From positions 64,001 through 128,000 of the forward strand of contig CAVQSP010000015.1 of the NCBI GenBank assembly GCA_963715985.1: a stretch of DNA of 64,000 nucleotides, in the 5' to 3' direction. The position numbers were made by a program, and so were the translations under genes. Below the pieces are notes generated by a model, which worked only from the letters and a program-made list of their open reading frames with translations, was not told where the DNA came from and did not search any database. Origin of the DNA: an uncultured Thermoleophilia bacterium. Its GTDB lineage: Bacteria > Actinomycetota > Thermoleophilia > UBA2241. Shown piece after piece: positions 46,619-58,170 of this stretch (positions are counted from its first letter, which is position 1; every line of letters begins with the position of its first letter).

Positions 46619-47836
46619 GTGGCCACCGCCCATCTCCGTGCGACATGTGTCCAAGGACTTCGTCCTGCCGCACCTGCGGTGACCACCATCAAGCGCCACG
46701 CCCTCAACCTGTTCCGCGCACGCGCACGCTGGAGCAGCAGCACGCACTCCGTGATATCACCTTGGACGTGTAGCGCGGCGAGTTCTTCGGCATCGTGGGC
46801 CGCAACGGCTCGGGCAAGAGCACGCTGCTCAAGATCATCGCCGGCATCTACGCGCCCACCACGGGAGAGGTGCGCGTCGACGGCCGTATCATCCCGTTCA
46901 TCGAGCTCGGCGTCGGTTTCAATCCGGAGCTCACCGGGCGCGAGAACGTGTACCTCAACGGCGCCCTGCTCGGCTTCTCCCGCGGCGAAGTGGCCGCGAT
47001 GTACGACGACATCGTCGCCTTCGCCGAGCTCGAGGGGTCCATGGACCAGAAGCTCAAGAACTACTCGTCCGGCATGCAGGTGCGCATCGCCTTCTCCATG
47101 GCCACCCAGGCCCGCGCGGACATCATGCTCGTCGACGAGGTGCTGGCGGTCGGCGACGCGGCCTTTCAGCCCAAGTGCTTTGACCACTTCCGCGCGCTCA
47201 AGGCCGGCGGGACGACCATCGTCTTCGTCAGCCACGACATGGCGGCGGTGCGGGCGTTCTGCGACCGTGCCATCCTGATCGAGGATTGGCGCCTCGTCGC
47301 CGAGGGCAGCGCCGACGAGTCGCTGCGAAGTACATGCAGCTCTTCTTCGCGTCGCCGGCACACGCAGGACGTCGGAGGCGGAGGACGACGAGCCCGAGAA
47401 CGAGAGCCCGATGGGCAGGCGGGCCGGGAGCGGCGAGGTACGCTACGAAGCCATCTCGGTGCCGGAGGTGCTCTCCGACGACGAGAGTCTCACCCTCGAC
47501 TTGAGCGTCAGATGCGAGCTCGATGTCGTCGCCCCCGTCTTCACGTTCGTCATCAGAGACGCGGAGGGGTCGCGAGTGCTGGGCTCCGACTCGCCCGTCC
47601 AGGCGCCCCCGATGGACCGTCTCGAAGCGGGTCAGCAGATCGAAGTGACGTGGGCCGTCCCCAACGTCCTCGCAGACGGTACGTATATCGTGGAGCTCTC
47701 CATCACAGACCGCGCGCGGACCACCGTCTACGACTGGCTGGTGGACGCGGCGTCCTTCACCGTGCAGACGGGCAAGACGACACCCTACGTCGTGGAAGCG
47801 CCGGCGACCTTCAGGATGACCGCCCCCCACGCCTGA
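46619..47836 (+). CDS. wzt: Polysaccharide ABC exporter ATPase, Wzt type, with C-terminal carbohydrate-binding domain (frameshifted)
   Basis: GRNGSGKSTLLK, GFNPELTGREN, YSSGMQVR, DEVLAVGD, VSHD, then a beta-rich tail (NVLADGTYIV). Confidence 0.87.
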
Positions 47837-47878
47837 CGGTCACGCACGCCGGGCAGGCTCGACGCAAGCCGGCGCAGA

Positions 47879-49160
47879 CTACTTGACCGTCAGCACGCCC
47901 GACTTCGTACTCGACTGCGCGTTGCCGGCCAGGTCGTGCGCCAGGACGCGCATCTTGTAGGTGCCGCGTGGCAGGTCGACGGTGCAGCCCGACACGGTGT
48001 GCCACGCGCGCGTGCTGGGCCGTCCCAGGACGTGGCGGTGCACGACTTTGCCGCTCGCGGTGATGATCTGCAGAAGAGCATCGCGCGCACGAGGGCTGAG
48101 CGCGTCGGACACGAGATACTTCGGGGTAAGGCTTCCGCCCTTCTTCACGGTGGCGGCCGCGATGGACGTTGTCGGCGGCCGCGTGTCGATGGCCACCTGC
48201 ACCTCTTTGGGAGGAGCCTCCCAGTTGAGCACACCGTCGATAGAGAAGAACTGCACGACGTGGATACCGTCGTTGGAGTGGTCCTTGGGCGCGGGCACCC
48301 TGACTCTGGTGCCGATGGAGTACTGGACCGTCGTTCCGATGCGATAGAAGGTCTTCTCCACTCCCCGTCCCACGTCGGTGGCGACCAGGTCGAACGTCAC
48401 GGCCGTGCGATGCCAGAGGCCGTCCAGGCCTTCGACCGTGGTGACGGGCGGCACGGCGTCGTCCTCGACGACCAGGAACACGGGCGAGCTGAGCCCGCCG
48501 CCGGGCACGGGCGTGAAGACACGCACGCTGAGGTGTGCGGCGTGAGCGACGGCCGCGGCGGGGACCAGCACCTCCAGTCGCTCCGGGGACACGTAGGTGG
48601 TCGCCACGTCTATGCCGGCTACCTGTACCACTGAGGTGGTGGTGAAGTCCGCACCGCTCACGACCAGCGTGAACGCCTCGTCGCCTGCCCAGACGGACGC
48701 CGGGTCGGATGGCCGCGATCACCGGCGCAGGGTTATTGATGGTGAAGACCCGGGCGGTGGGCGACTGTCCGCCCCCGGGAGCGGGATTGGACACGCTCAC
48801 GAAAGCCGCACCGGCTGCCGCCACGTCCGCGGCGCGCACGGAGGCGGTGAGCATCGTGGAGGAGATGAAGCCGGTGTCGCGGTTCTGGCCGTTCCAGAGT
48901 ACGGTGGCACCCTGCACGAAGCCGGAGCCGATCACGGTGATGCCGAAGTCCAGGTCACCGACCGTCGCCTGTGCCGGGCTCAGGCCGGTCACCTCCGGGG
49001 CGGGATTCGCGATCTCGGCCAGGAGGTCTGTCGGAGACGCGGCCCCGGAGTCCAGCGGGCGGGCCTGCGTCGCGGCTGCGGTGGCGGCGAGTGCAAGGCA
49101 GACGGCGACAGTCATGCAGAAGATCCTCGCTGACCCACGCCGGACGGCCCTGCCCATCAC
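47879..49160 (-). CDS. Secreted IPT/TIG-domain protein with basic C-terminal domain (frameshift near 48700)
   Basis: Signal peptide, two ITVxGSGF...VSNPAPGGG modules, ends DLAGNAQ...LTVK. Confidence 0.8.
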
Positions 49161-49287
49161 CGCTTGCCCCTTCGACGGTTCTGACTGTACCCACGATTGT
49201 ACTACGACTCAGAGGCTGCGGCTTCCGGGGCGGCGACCGCGCAGTTGGGCGCCGCCGGCCATGCTCGAGACCTGCCCGCATGAAGAA

Positions 49288-49330
49288 ACACGGCGGGGCG
49301 GGGCGCCTGCGGCGCCCCGCCCCGCCGTGT
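49288..49330. terminator. Hairpin downstream of the 49382..51640 gene
   Basis: acacggcggggcggggcgcc-tgc-ggcgccccgccccgccgtgt. Confidence 0.65.
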
Positions 49331-49381
49331 GTGTCGGCTCGACCGGACCCGCCGCATCCGCGGCGGACGATCGGCGGCGGA

Positions 49382-51640
49382 CTACTTCACCTTGAACTTG
49401 TCTGTGCCGAGCTTGCTCTGCGCGTTCCCGGCCAGGTCCTTTGCGTAGGTGTAGAGCTTGTAGGTGCCCTTGGCGAGATTGGGGTTGACCTTGTACGTGT
49501 AGCTCTTGTTCGAGGTCTTCTTCCCGAGGCTGTACGTCCGGGCCACGCTGCCGTCGGACCTCTTGATCTTCAGCGTGATCGTGCACTTGGGAGAGACGTC
49601 GTTGGCTTTGTACTTGAACGTCACCTTGGTGCCCTTCTTGACGCTCGAGGGCGCCGAGGCGGTGGTCTTGGGACCGACCGTGTCGATGTTCACCCTCACC
49701 GACACCGGAGGGCTCTCGACGTGGTTGCACCAGTCCGTCGACCACACCGTGATGGTCTGGACCCCATCCCCCGCGCCGCCGGCGGGAGCCGGCACCGTGA
49801 AGGTCGACCCGGTCAGCGTCGCCGGAGTGCCGCCGTTCTGGGCCCACTGGGTCTTCTGCACGCCGGACTGCGTGTCGGAGGCGACCACCGTGAGTGTGAC
49901 CGGCGTGTTATGCCAGGACGTGTCGGCGCCGGCGACCGTCGTGATCGGCGCGGTGGTGTCGGTGCCCACAGTCAGAGGCACCGTGGTCGACGTGCCCCCG
50001 CCTGGCGTCGGGTTCACGACGGAGATCTGCACGGTGCCCGCGACGGCGATGTCTGCTGCGGTCAGCGGCACGGTCAGCTGGGTCGCGGACACGAACGTCG
50101 TGTCGGCGGTGAGTCGCGTGCCGATCTGCACCCGCGAGCCGACGGCGCCGAGCAGCAGCGGCGCCGGCACGAAGCCGGAGCCCGTAATGGTGAGGGTCTG
50201 AGGCTTCACCGAGCCGGCCCACGTCGTGTTCGGGCTCACCGACGTGACCACCGGCACCGCATTGGTCACCGAGAACTTCTGCGCCAGCGTCAGCGTCCTG
50301 GTGCCGGCGTAGGTGAGGATCACGTCGTACAGACCAGAGGGCGGCACGGTCGGCGAGGTGAGGTTGAACGTCCCCGTCATGGCCGTGCCGGGAGCCACCG
50401 ACGCCACGCCGGTGGCGGTGATGACGGTCGTGCCGGCGGTACCGGGCCCCTTGAGGGTCACCACCGGCGTGGTGAGGCCGTTCAGGCCCGTGCCGGTGAG
50501 CGTGAAGGCCAGGGCGGAGTTCCCGTTCGTCGCCGTAGCCGGGCTGATATCGGTCAGCGTGGGCCCGGTGACCGTGAACGCCCCGGCGAGCGTGAACGTC
50601 CGTGTGCCGGAGCTGGTGTAGGTGAGCACCACGTCGTACGTCCCCGCCGGCGCCGCGATGGAGGCGGCGGTGGCACTCGACGCGCCGCTCGCGAGATTGA
50701 AGGTGCCGATGATCGTGCCTTGGCCACCAGGCAGAAGCGGAGCGACGTAGGCGACACCGGTAGCGTTGACGGTGATGCCGGCAGTGGCGCCGATGGTGCC
50801 CTTGAGCGCGACGGCTGTGCCGGTCGCGGCGAGATTGAGGTCGGTCCCTCTCAGCACGAACGAGAGGGCGGCGTTCGAGTTCGCTCCCGTACTGGGTTCG
50901 ATGGCCGTGACCGTGGGTCCGCTGATCGCGAACGGCACGGTGTTCGACACGACGCCCCCGCCGAGCAGCGGATTGGTGACCGTGACGGTCGCCAGGCCGG
51001 GCGTGAGGATGAGGTTAGCCGGCACGGTCACGTAGAGGATGGCCGTCGGATTGACCGGACCAGTCGGGAGAGCCTCCGTCAGGATCGTGCCGTTGAAGCG
51101 CACCACGGCGGGCAGGACACCTGTCTGGAAGTTGGAGCCGTTGACACGCAGCGTGAACGCCGGTCCGCCGGCCACGGCACTCGTCGGGCTCAGCGAGTCG
51201 ATGTGCGGCGGAGGGGTCGTGATCTGAAATGTGCCCAGCCAGCTGTCCGTTCCGTCGCTCACAGTGACATCCGCATGCCCGACGGCAGCTATGTTAGCGG
51301 CAGGGACGAACGCTGTGACGGACGCCGTCGCGGACGACTCGACCGCCAGAGTGCCGCTCACATCCCCGCTCCAAGTGACCGTCCACGTCGGCACGGTCGC
51401 CTGCACGGAGCTGAGCTCCATGGTGAGACTGAACCCGCTACTCCCCGCCACCACGCTGGCCGGAGTGAACTGCGTGATCGTACCCGTGGCCCGCTTCCCG
51501 GCCTTGACGGGCTCTCCCGCGGAGGTTCTCGCCGACTTCGGTGCGGCCGCCAGCCCGACTGTCGCCATCACCAGGGCGAGCACCCCGACAACGACCACCG
51601 CGAGCATCACCGTCTTTCGGGACTGTGCGAAGTGTCTCAT
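49382..51640 (-). CDS. Secreted Thr-rich multi-IPT/TIG surface protein
   Basis: Intact 752-aa ORF, GGAGG RBS, signal peptide, about five Ig-like modules, Lys-rich C-terminal domain ending DLAGNAQ...FKVK. Confidence 0.85.
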   Translation of the reverse strand: MRHFAQSRKTVMLAVVVVGVLALVMATVGLAAAPKSARTSAGEPVKAGKRATGTITQFTPASVVAGSSGFSLTMELSSVQATVPTWTVTWSGDVSGTLAVESSATASVTAFVPAANIAAVGHADVTVSDGTDSWLGTFQITTPPPHIDSLSPTSAVAGGPAFTLRVNGSNFQTGVLPAVVRFNGTILTEALPTGPVNPTAILYVTVPANLILTPGLATVTVTNPLLGGGVVSNTVPFAISGPTVTAIEPSTGANSNAALSFVLRGTDLNLAATGTAVALKGTIGATAGITVNATGVAYVAPLLPGGQGTIIGTFNLASGASSATAASIAAPAGTYDVVLTYTSSGTRTFTLAGAFTVTGPTLTDISPATATNGNSALAFTLTGTGLNGLTTPVVTLKGPGTAGTTVITATGVASVAPGTAMTGTFNLTSPTVPPSGLYDVILTYAGTRTLTLAQKFSVTNAVPVVTSVSPNTTWAGSVKPQTLTITGSGFVPAPLLLGAVGSRVQIGTRLTADTTFVSATQLTVPLTAADIAVAGTVQISVVNPTPGGGTSTTVPLTVGTDTTAPITTVAGADTSWHNTPVTLTVVASDTQSGVQKTQWAQNGGTPATLTGSTFTVPAPAGGAGDGVQTITVWSTDWCNHVESPPVSVRVNIDTVGPKTTASAPSSVKKGTKVTFKYKANDVSPKCTITLKIKRSDGSVARTYSLGKKTSNKSYTYKVNPNLAKGTYKLYTYAKDLAGNAQSKLGTDKFKVK

Positions 51641-51904
51641 GCGCCTCCTCCTTCGGACTGGGATCCAGAGTCAGTCCTGTTCGGTCCTGGGGCCACCGGC
51701 GCCGCGCCAATCACGGCGGCTCGAAGAGCGAAGGGATTGCACCTCGTATGCATGGCATCACCCACTCAGATACCAGCCGAGCCACGTCCGCGGCTGCGGT
51801 ATCCCCGTGTTCACCACACCATAGTTCTGATGCCCCCAACCGGCACCCATCAATCATTGGCAGGTGGTGGGCCCACCGTCCGCAAGAGGATCCGGCACGT
51901 TAAA

Positions 51905-51934
51905 TGGGCGGGGCGCCTTTCGGCGCCCCGCCCA
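51905..51934. terminator. Hairpin downstream of the 51968..55029 gene
   Basis: tgggcggggcgcc-tttc-ggcgccccgccca. Confidence 0.65.
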
Positions 51935-51967
51935 CTGCAGCTGCCTTCGAATGAAGGCGGTCGTGAC

Positions 51968-54900
51968 TTACTTGGTGACAGTCAGGATCGAGCTGCCACG
52001 CTTGGTCTGGACGTTGCCCGCCTGGTCGACGGCGCCAACGCGGATGTTGTACTTGCCGGCCTTGAGCGGCGAATTCATGATGAACGTCTTGCTGACGTCC
52101 ACGCCGGTGGCCACGTTCGCGTAATGATGGGTGCTGATGGTCCTGCCGCTCAGCGTGCGGATCTGGATGACCGCAGTGGCAGTCGGCGTGACGGCGGTGA
52201 TGTTGAACGTGATGGTCGGGTTATGCCACCTCTTGCCGGCGCGCGTCGTGGCGTTCTTGGAGGTGACGGTCGGCGGGGTGCTGGCGACCTTGACCTGGAT
52301 GGTCTGGTTGGCCGACATGATGCCGACGTTGTCGACGCCGCGGTAGGTGATGGTGGTGACGCCGTCGCCGCCGACCTGAGCCTGCGAGCCGGTGGTCCAG
52401 TTGGTGCCACCGTCGGTGCTCCACTCAGTGTGGTTGTAGCCGGAGCCGACATCGGTGCCGGAGAAGTTGACGGTCGCGATCGGCTTCTGCCAGTTGCCGT
52501 TCTTCGGATCGATGGCGGTGACGACAGGAGCCGTGACGTCGAGCTTGACGGTGCGGCTCTTGTAGCCGGTCACCGACGTGATGTTGAGGTACGGATGCAT
52601 CGGGATGGGCGCCCAGCCGACGATGACGCCGGTCTCGACGTTACCCGGGAGCGGCATCGGGTTCGGGGTCAACTTCGAGGCCGCGACGCCCGCCGGGTTG
52701 GTCGAGTTGTCGATCGAGAAGAAGTCGATCGTGTGCATGGCGCCCTGGACGGCCGCGCCGAGGTTGACGGCGGTGTCGTACGTGACGGTCGCGGTGGTGT
52801 TGACGCTCCCCGTCCACGGAGTGGCCTGGTCGACACGGTACCAGGTGGCCTTGACGCCTGCGCCCGGAGCCTGATCGGTCGCGGTGAGGACGAACGGCTT
52901 GAGGCCGTTGACCCACTGCGCATCGCCGTAGCCGGCGGTACCGATGGTGGCCGGCGGACGGGTGTCGATCTTCACCGTGAGGCTGGTGTCGACGGCCTCG
53001 TTCTTGGCCTGGTCGGTGGCACGGTAGTTGAGCGGCCAGATGCCGTCAGTGCGGCTGTTCGGATACGGATCCACGGGGATCCAGACCTCGCCAGGATTCT
53101 GGCTCAGCGGGGTCCACTTGGTGGGAACAGCAGGGCCGATGACGTGCGGCAGAAGGAACGGCATCGGCCAGTTGGGCACCTGATACTCGATGCCGGGGGC
53201 CCTGAGGGCGGAGTTCGGGTCCGTGGCCATGAGGACGACGGAGAACTCCGAGTTGTACCACATGCCGTTGTAGTTGTTGGAGAGCTTCGGAGCCTTGTTG
53301 TCGAGCCAGACCCAGGCGAGGTTCCAGACCTCTTTGTTGCCGGCCTTGTCGACCGCGCGGTACCAGAGGTACACGGGGCCGACCGGAGCGGTCTCCGTGA
53401 TGGAGACGTCGCCGGTGGCGGCCACGCTGGCGGTGGAGGCAGAGCCGGCGAGCTGGGTGCCCGCGGAGCTCAGTGTGGGCGGCGTGGTGCCGGAGTTGCC
53501 CTTGATGTACTCGATGTACGCCACGCCGGAACCGATGCCGGAGCCACCCGCGTCAACAGCGGAAAGCGTGACCGTGACGTCCTTGTTGGTCCAATGCGGC
53601 GTGCTCGGAGCTGTGGCCGCCACACCGGCCGGGTCGGTCGGCACGACGTAGGTGATGTTGGTGCTCGGAGCCATGTTGTCGACGACAACGCTGGCGCCCG
53701 GATAGCCGACGCCGAGGTAGAGCGCGTCGGAGGCAGCCTTGGCGCTGCTCTTCGCAGCAGCAGGCACCGTCGGGGCAGTCGGGACCGGGAAGGCGGTGTC
53801 GGGGAAGCCGCCGTTGCCGGCGAAGTCGGAGCCCCTGACCACGACGCGGTACTCAGCGTTGTAAGTCGGCCTCACGTTGATGGTGCCCTCGACGTGGTAC
53901 GAATAGGGATCGAAGGCGTTGGCCTTGACGACCGGGATCCCGGAGGCCTTCTGCCAAGTACCCGGCCAAGTCTCCCAGTTCACCCACAGGCCGCCCGTGT
54001 CTTGGCTCTTCCACTCGATCGTGGCGATAGGAGCGAAGAAGTTCGAGCTGCCGGGGATGTACTGCGCCACACCGGAGCCACCGTCGTCGATGACTTCAGC
54101 GGTGAACTTGATGTCGCCGGTGTAGTAGCCGGGGATGGTGCTGGTCGGCCAGTTCCACACGACGTACGGGCTCTTGGTGTCGTACCCGATCTCGTCCCAG
54201 CTGTCTGTGATCTGGCGCTGGCCGAACATGTCGGCCGCCCAGTGATCGATGCCGTAGACGCCGTCGTTGGCGTACGGGGGCGCGGTCACGGCCGGGAAGT
54301 ACCGGGGACGGGATAGCTGGCGAGCATGACGGTGTTCTGCACGTTGGGATTAACGGTGCCCCACGGGCTCCACGTGATCGGCGTCATGCCCTTGCCGGCG
54401 TCGTTGTTCTTCCACAAGACCCAGTAGGTCATGCCCATCGGGGCGCTGTACTGCTGGTCGAACGTCGCCGTGAGGACGCCGAGGGTGCCGCTGCCGTTGG
54501 TCCAGTTGCGACCGCCGCGGCCAGGATGGCCGGCCGGGTCGAAGGAGACGGTGGAGATCGGCGGCCCGTTGAAGTCGAGGGTCACGGTCTGCGACGTCAC
54601 CGATGCGACGAGACCCAATCCACTGGCGAACTGGTAGAACTCGACGTTCACCTGGAACAGGTTACCGTTGAACCAGTAGCCGGGGATGTTCGGGAGCACC
54701 ACCATCTTGGACTGCGTGGTGCCGACGGGATAGGCGTAGGGACCAAAATCGCTCGCGCCCTGGACCTTCGCGAGAGTCCACGCGGACCATGTGGGATCGC
54801 TGGCGTTGTCTTTCGCACGGACCCAGAACGCCACGTAGTTCGCGTTGAGGCTGGCCGCCGAATACGTGACCTTCACGGTGGTGTCGCCCGCCCACGTCTG

Positions 54901-55029
54901 TCCGTCGTTCACGATCGCGGTGTCGGTGGCGGCCAGTGCCACAGCAGGCACGATCGCCATGACCAGCATGGCGACCACCACCGCAAGGAGGATCACTCCT
55001 CTCTTACTCCGTCGTTTCGTTTGCTGCAT
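51968..55029 (-). CDS. Large secreted Ig-like repeat protein, S-layer candidate (about 1020 aa; frameshift near 54290)
   Basis: GGAGG RBS, signal MQQTKRRSKRGVILLAVVV...ALA, repeated D-x2-AP...SG(V/I)...Y-x-A-x-D-x-AGN modules, ends DQAGNVQ...LTVTK. Confidence 0.8.
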
Positions 55030-55893
55030 GTTACGACCTCCTGAATGGTTCAACACGATGGCTTTGAGCCAAGCTGACGTGGGATGGCGCACCCACGGGG
55101 ACGCATGTATCTCTCACGACACGACCACCTCCTAGGCTTGCTTGCAGAGCCCTACCCGCCTGAGTCGGGGCCATGGACTGACCCGCTTTCGCGCCCCAGC
55201 TGTCGCTGCACGAACAGTTGGCGCGCCCCCTCGTTGCGTTACTCCACACAGCTGAACACTCTATAACGAGTACGTCGAGGGAGTCCAGCAGGCTGCTGGC
55301 CCCGGCGACGGTGACCGTATGGGTTGTCGGTTGGGGGGTTCTCAAGGTCGAGCGACCTCCAGATCGACTCTGTCAGGTGTCTCTCTACAACGCGAGCCTC
55401 GGTATTCCTTCTCCGGCAGTAGCAGCCACCTCCTCGCTCGTCGCTCCAGGAGCGCCCATCACGGACGTGATGTCGCGCGGGCCCTCCATGCCGTGGGCCG
55501 CCCTCGCGGGCTGGTCCGTTGAGGCACTCTACCGTGCCGTCCGTCGCCGCGCAACACGGAAGAACGAATTCCTTCACGCCGGCTCAACATGGCCGAAACG
55601 GCCAGACGGGACCCTTTCCACATACCCCGAGACGCGAGAGTCCACGCTCCGCCGAGCCCCGGGGAACTCCCGAGGCGGCACGCGATCCTAGGTGTCGCGC
55701 GCCCTCGCGCGCGTCATGGTAAAGCGTGCGCGAAGGCCCGCGGCGGGGCGGAACGCCGGGGCGTCCTGGCCGGGGCCGGCGCGCGCGCCGGCGCGCGTGA
55801 GGCGCCCACGGCGCCGGCGCAGTCACGGAAGAAGGGGGCCTGGGCGGGGCGGCGGCGGCCGCGGCCGGGGCCGCGGCCGCCGTCGCGGACGCT

Positions 55894-56241
55894 CTACTTG
55901 ATGGCGTCGCGGCCGCGCTCGCCGGTGCGCGTGCGCACGGCGTCGTCCACGGGCATGACGAAGATCTTGCCCTCGCCGATCTGGTTGCTCTTCAGCGAGG
56001 CGGTGATGGCGTGCACGATGCGCTCGACGTCCTGTTCGAGCACCACCATCTCGACCTTCATCTTGGGGTGGAACCTGTACTCGCCCGGCTTGACGTCCTC
56101 GCCGCGCGTGAAGCCCTTCTGCACGCCGAACCCCTTGACCTCGGCCACCGACATGCCGACCACGCCCTCGACGGCCAGGGCCTCGGCCACCGCGTCGAGG
56201 TTGTACGGCTGGATGTAACACTCGATCTTCTTCATGCTCAC
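55894..56241 (-). CDS. P-II family nitrogen regulator with atypical T-loop
   Basis: MKKIECYIQP, EVKGFGVQKG, PKMKVE, IGEGKIFVMPV...RTRTGERG. Confidence 0.93.
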   Translation of the reverse strand: MSMKKIECYIQPYNLDAVAEALAVEGVVGMSVAEVKGFGVQKGFTRGEDVKPGEYRFHPKMKVEMVVLEQDVERIVHAITASLKSNQIGEGKIFVMPVDDAVRTRTGERGRDAIK

Positions 56242-56330
56242 CGCTCCTTTCGACCCACCGTCAGCACGCCGCGGTGGGATGCGTTCTCACGTCCGCGCAT
56301 CGGTCTGCGCCGTACCTTACCCCGGACGAC

Positions 56331-57692
<1,362 letters not shown>

Positions 57693-58025
57693 GTAGTGCC
57701 CTCCACTAGGCGACTCAGGTCTGGGTGCGCATCGGGCTCCGCGGCGTACCGCGCGCGGCAGGTCGAGCAATGGCCGGGCGCGTCCGTGAGCGGGGCGCCG
57801 CGAGTATACGCCCTCGTGTACCACCCCGCAGTCGCCATTCGGGCCAAACTTGGACGCGGAACATGGGCCAAGTGGTACATCGTGGCCCATGACGCGGAGG
57901 CGAGCGGCCGGAGAAGCGGGGCGGGCGGCGGACGAAGGTCCCCCCGCCCGCCCGACACCCCGCGCGGCTGCGACACCCATGGTCCTTGTACAGGGAGTCT
58001 AATCAGCACGGGTCGGATTGGCACC

Positions 58026-58067
58026 TTGTCCCGACAAATTGACGATGCCGCCACACGCTCCTATAGT
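58026..58067 (+). promoter_or_regulatory. Sigma-70-type promoter of the abfD cluster with adjacent palindromic operator
   Basis: TTGACG-17 bp-TATAGT (58039-58067). TTGTC-CC-GACAA palindrome (58026-58037) sits just upstream of the -35. Confidence 0.7.
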
Positions 58068-58170
58068 CAACAGTACCGCACACGAACGAACGCGCGGGCG
58101 CCCCTGCCACGAGGCCCCGTGCGGGCACGGCCAGCGCAGCGCCCGGTGGCGCGAGGAAGGAGTCGCACGC

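Noticed and set aside
48971-54316. 1781-aa plus-strand ORF, and other long antisense ORFs such as 26348..29866, 4615..7236 and 41862..44216
   Set aside because: Shadow ORFs opposite well-supported genes, expected at this GC content, with no recognisable motifs.
55239-55577. 112-aa ORF in the gap between P-II and the surface-protein gene
   Set aside because: No recognisable motifs, and it overlaps the probable promoter.
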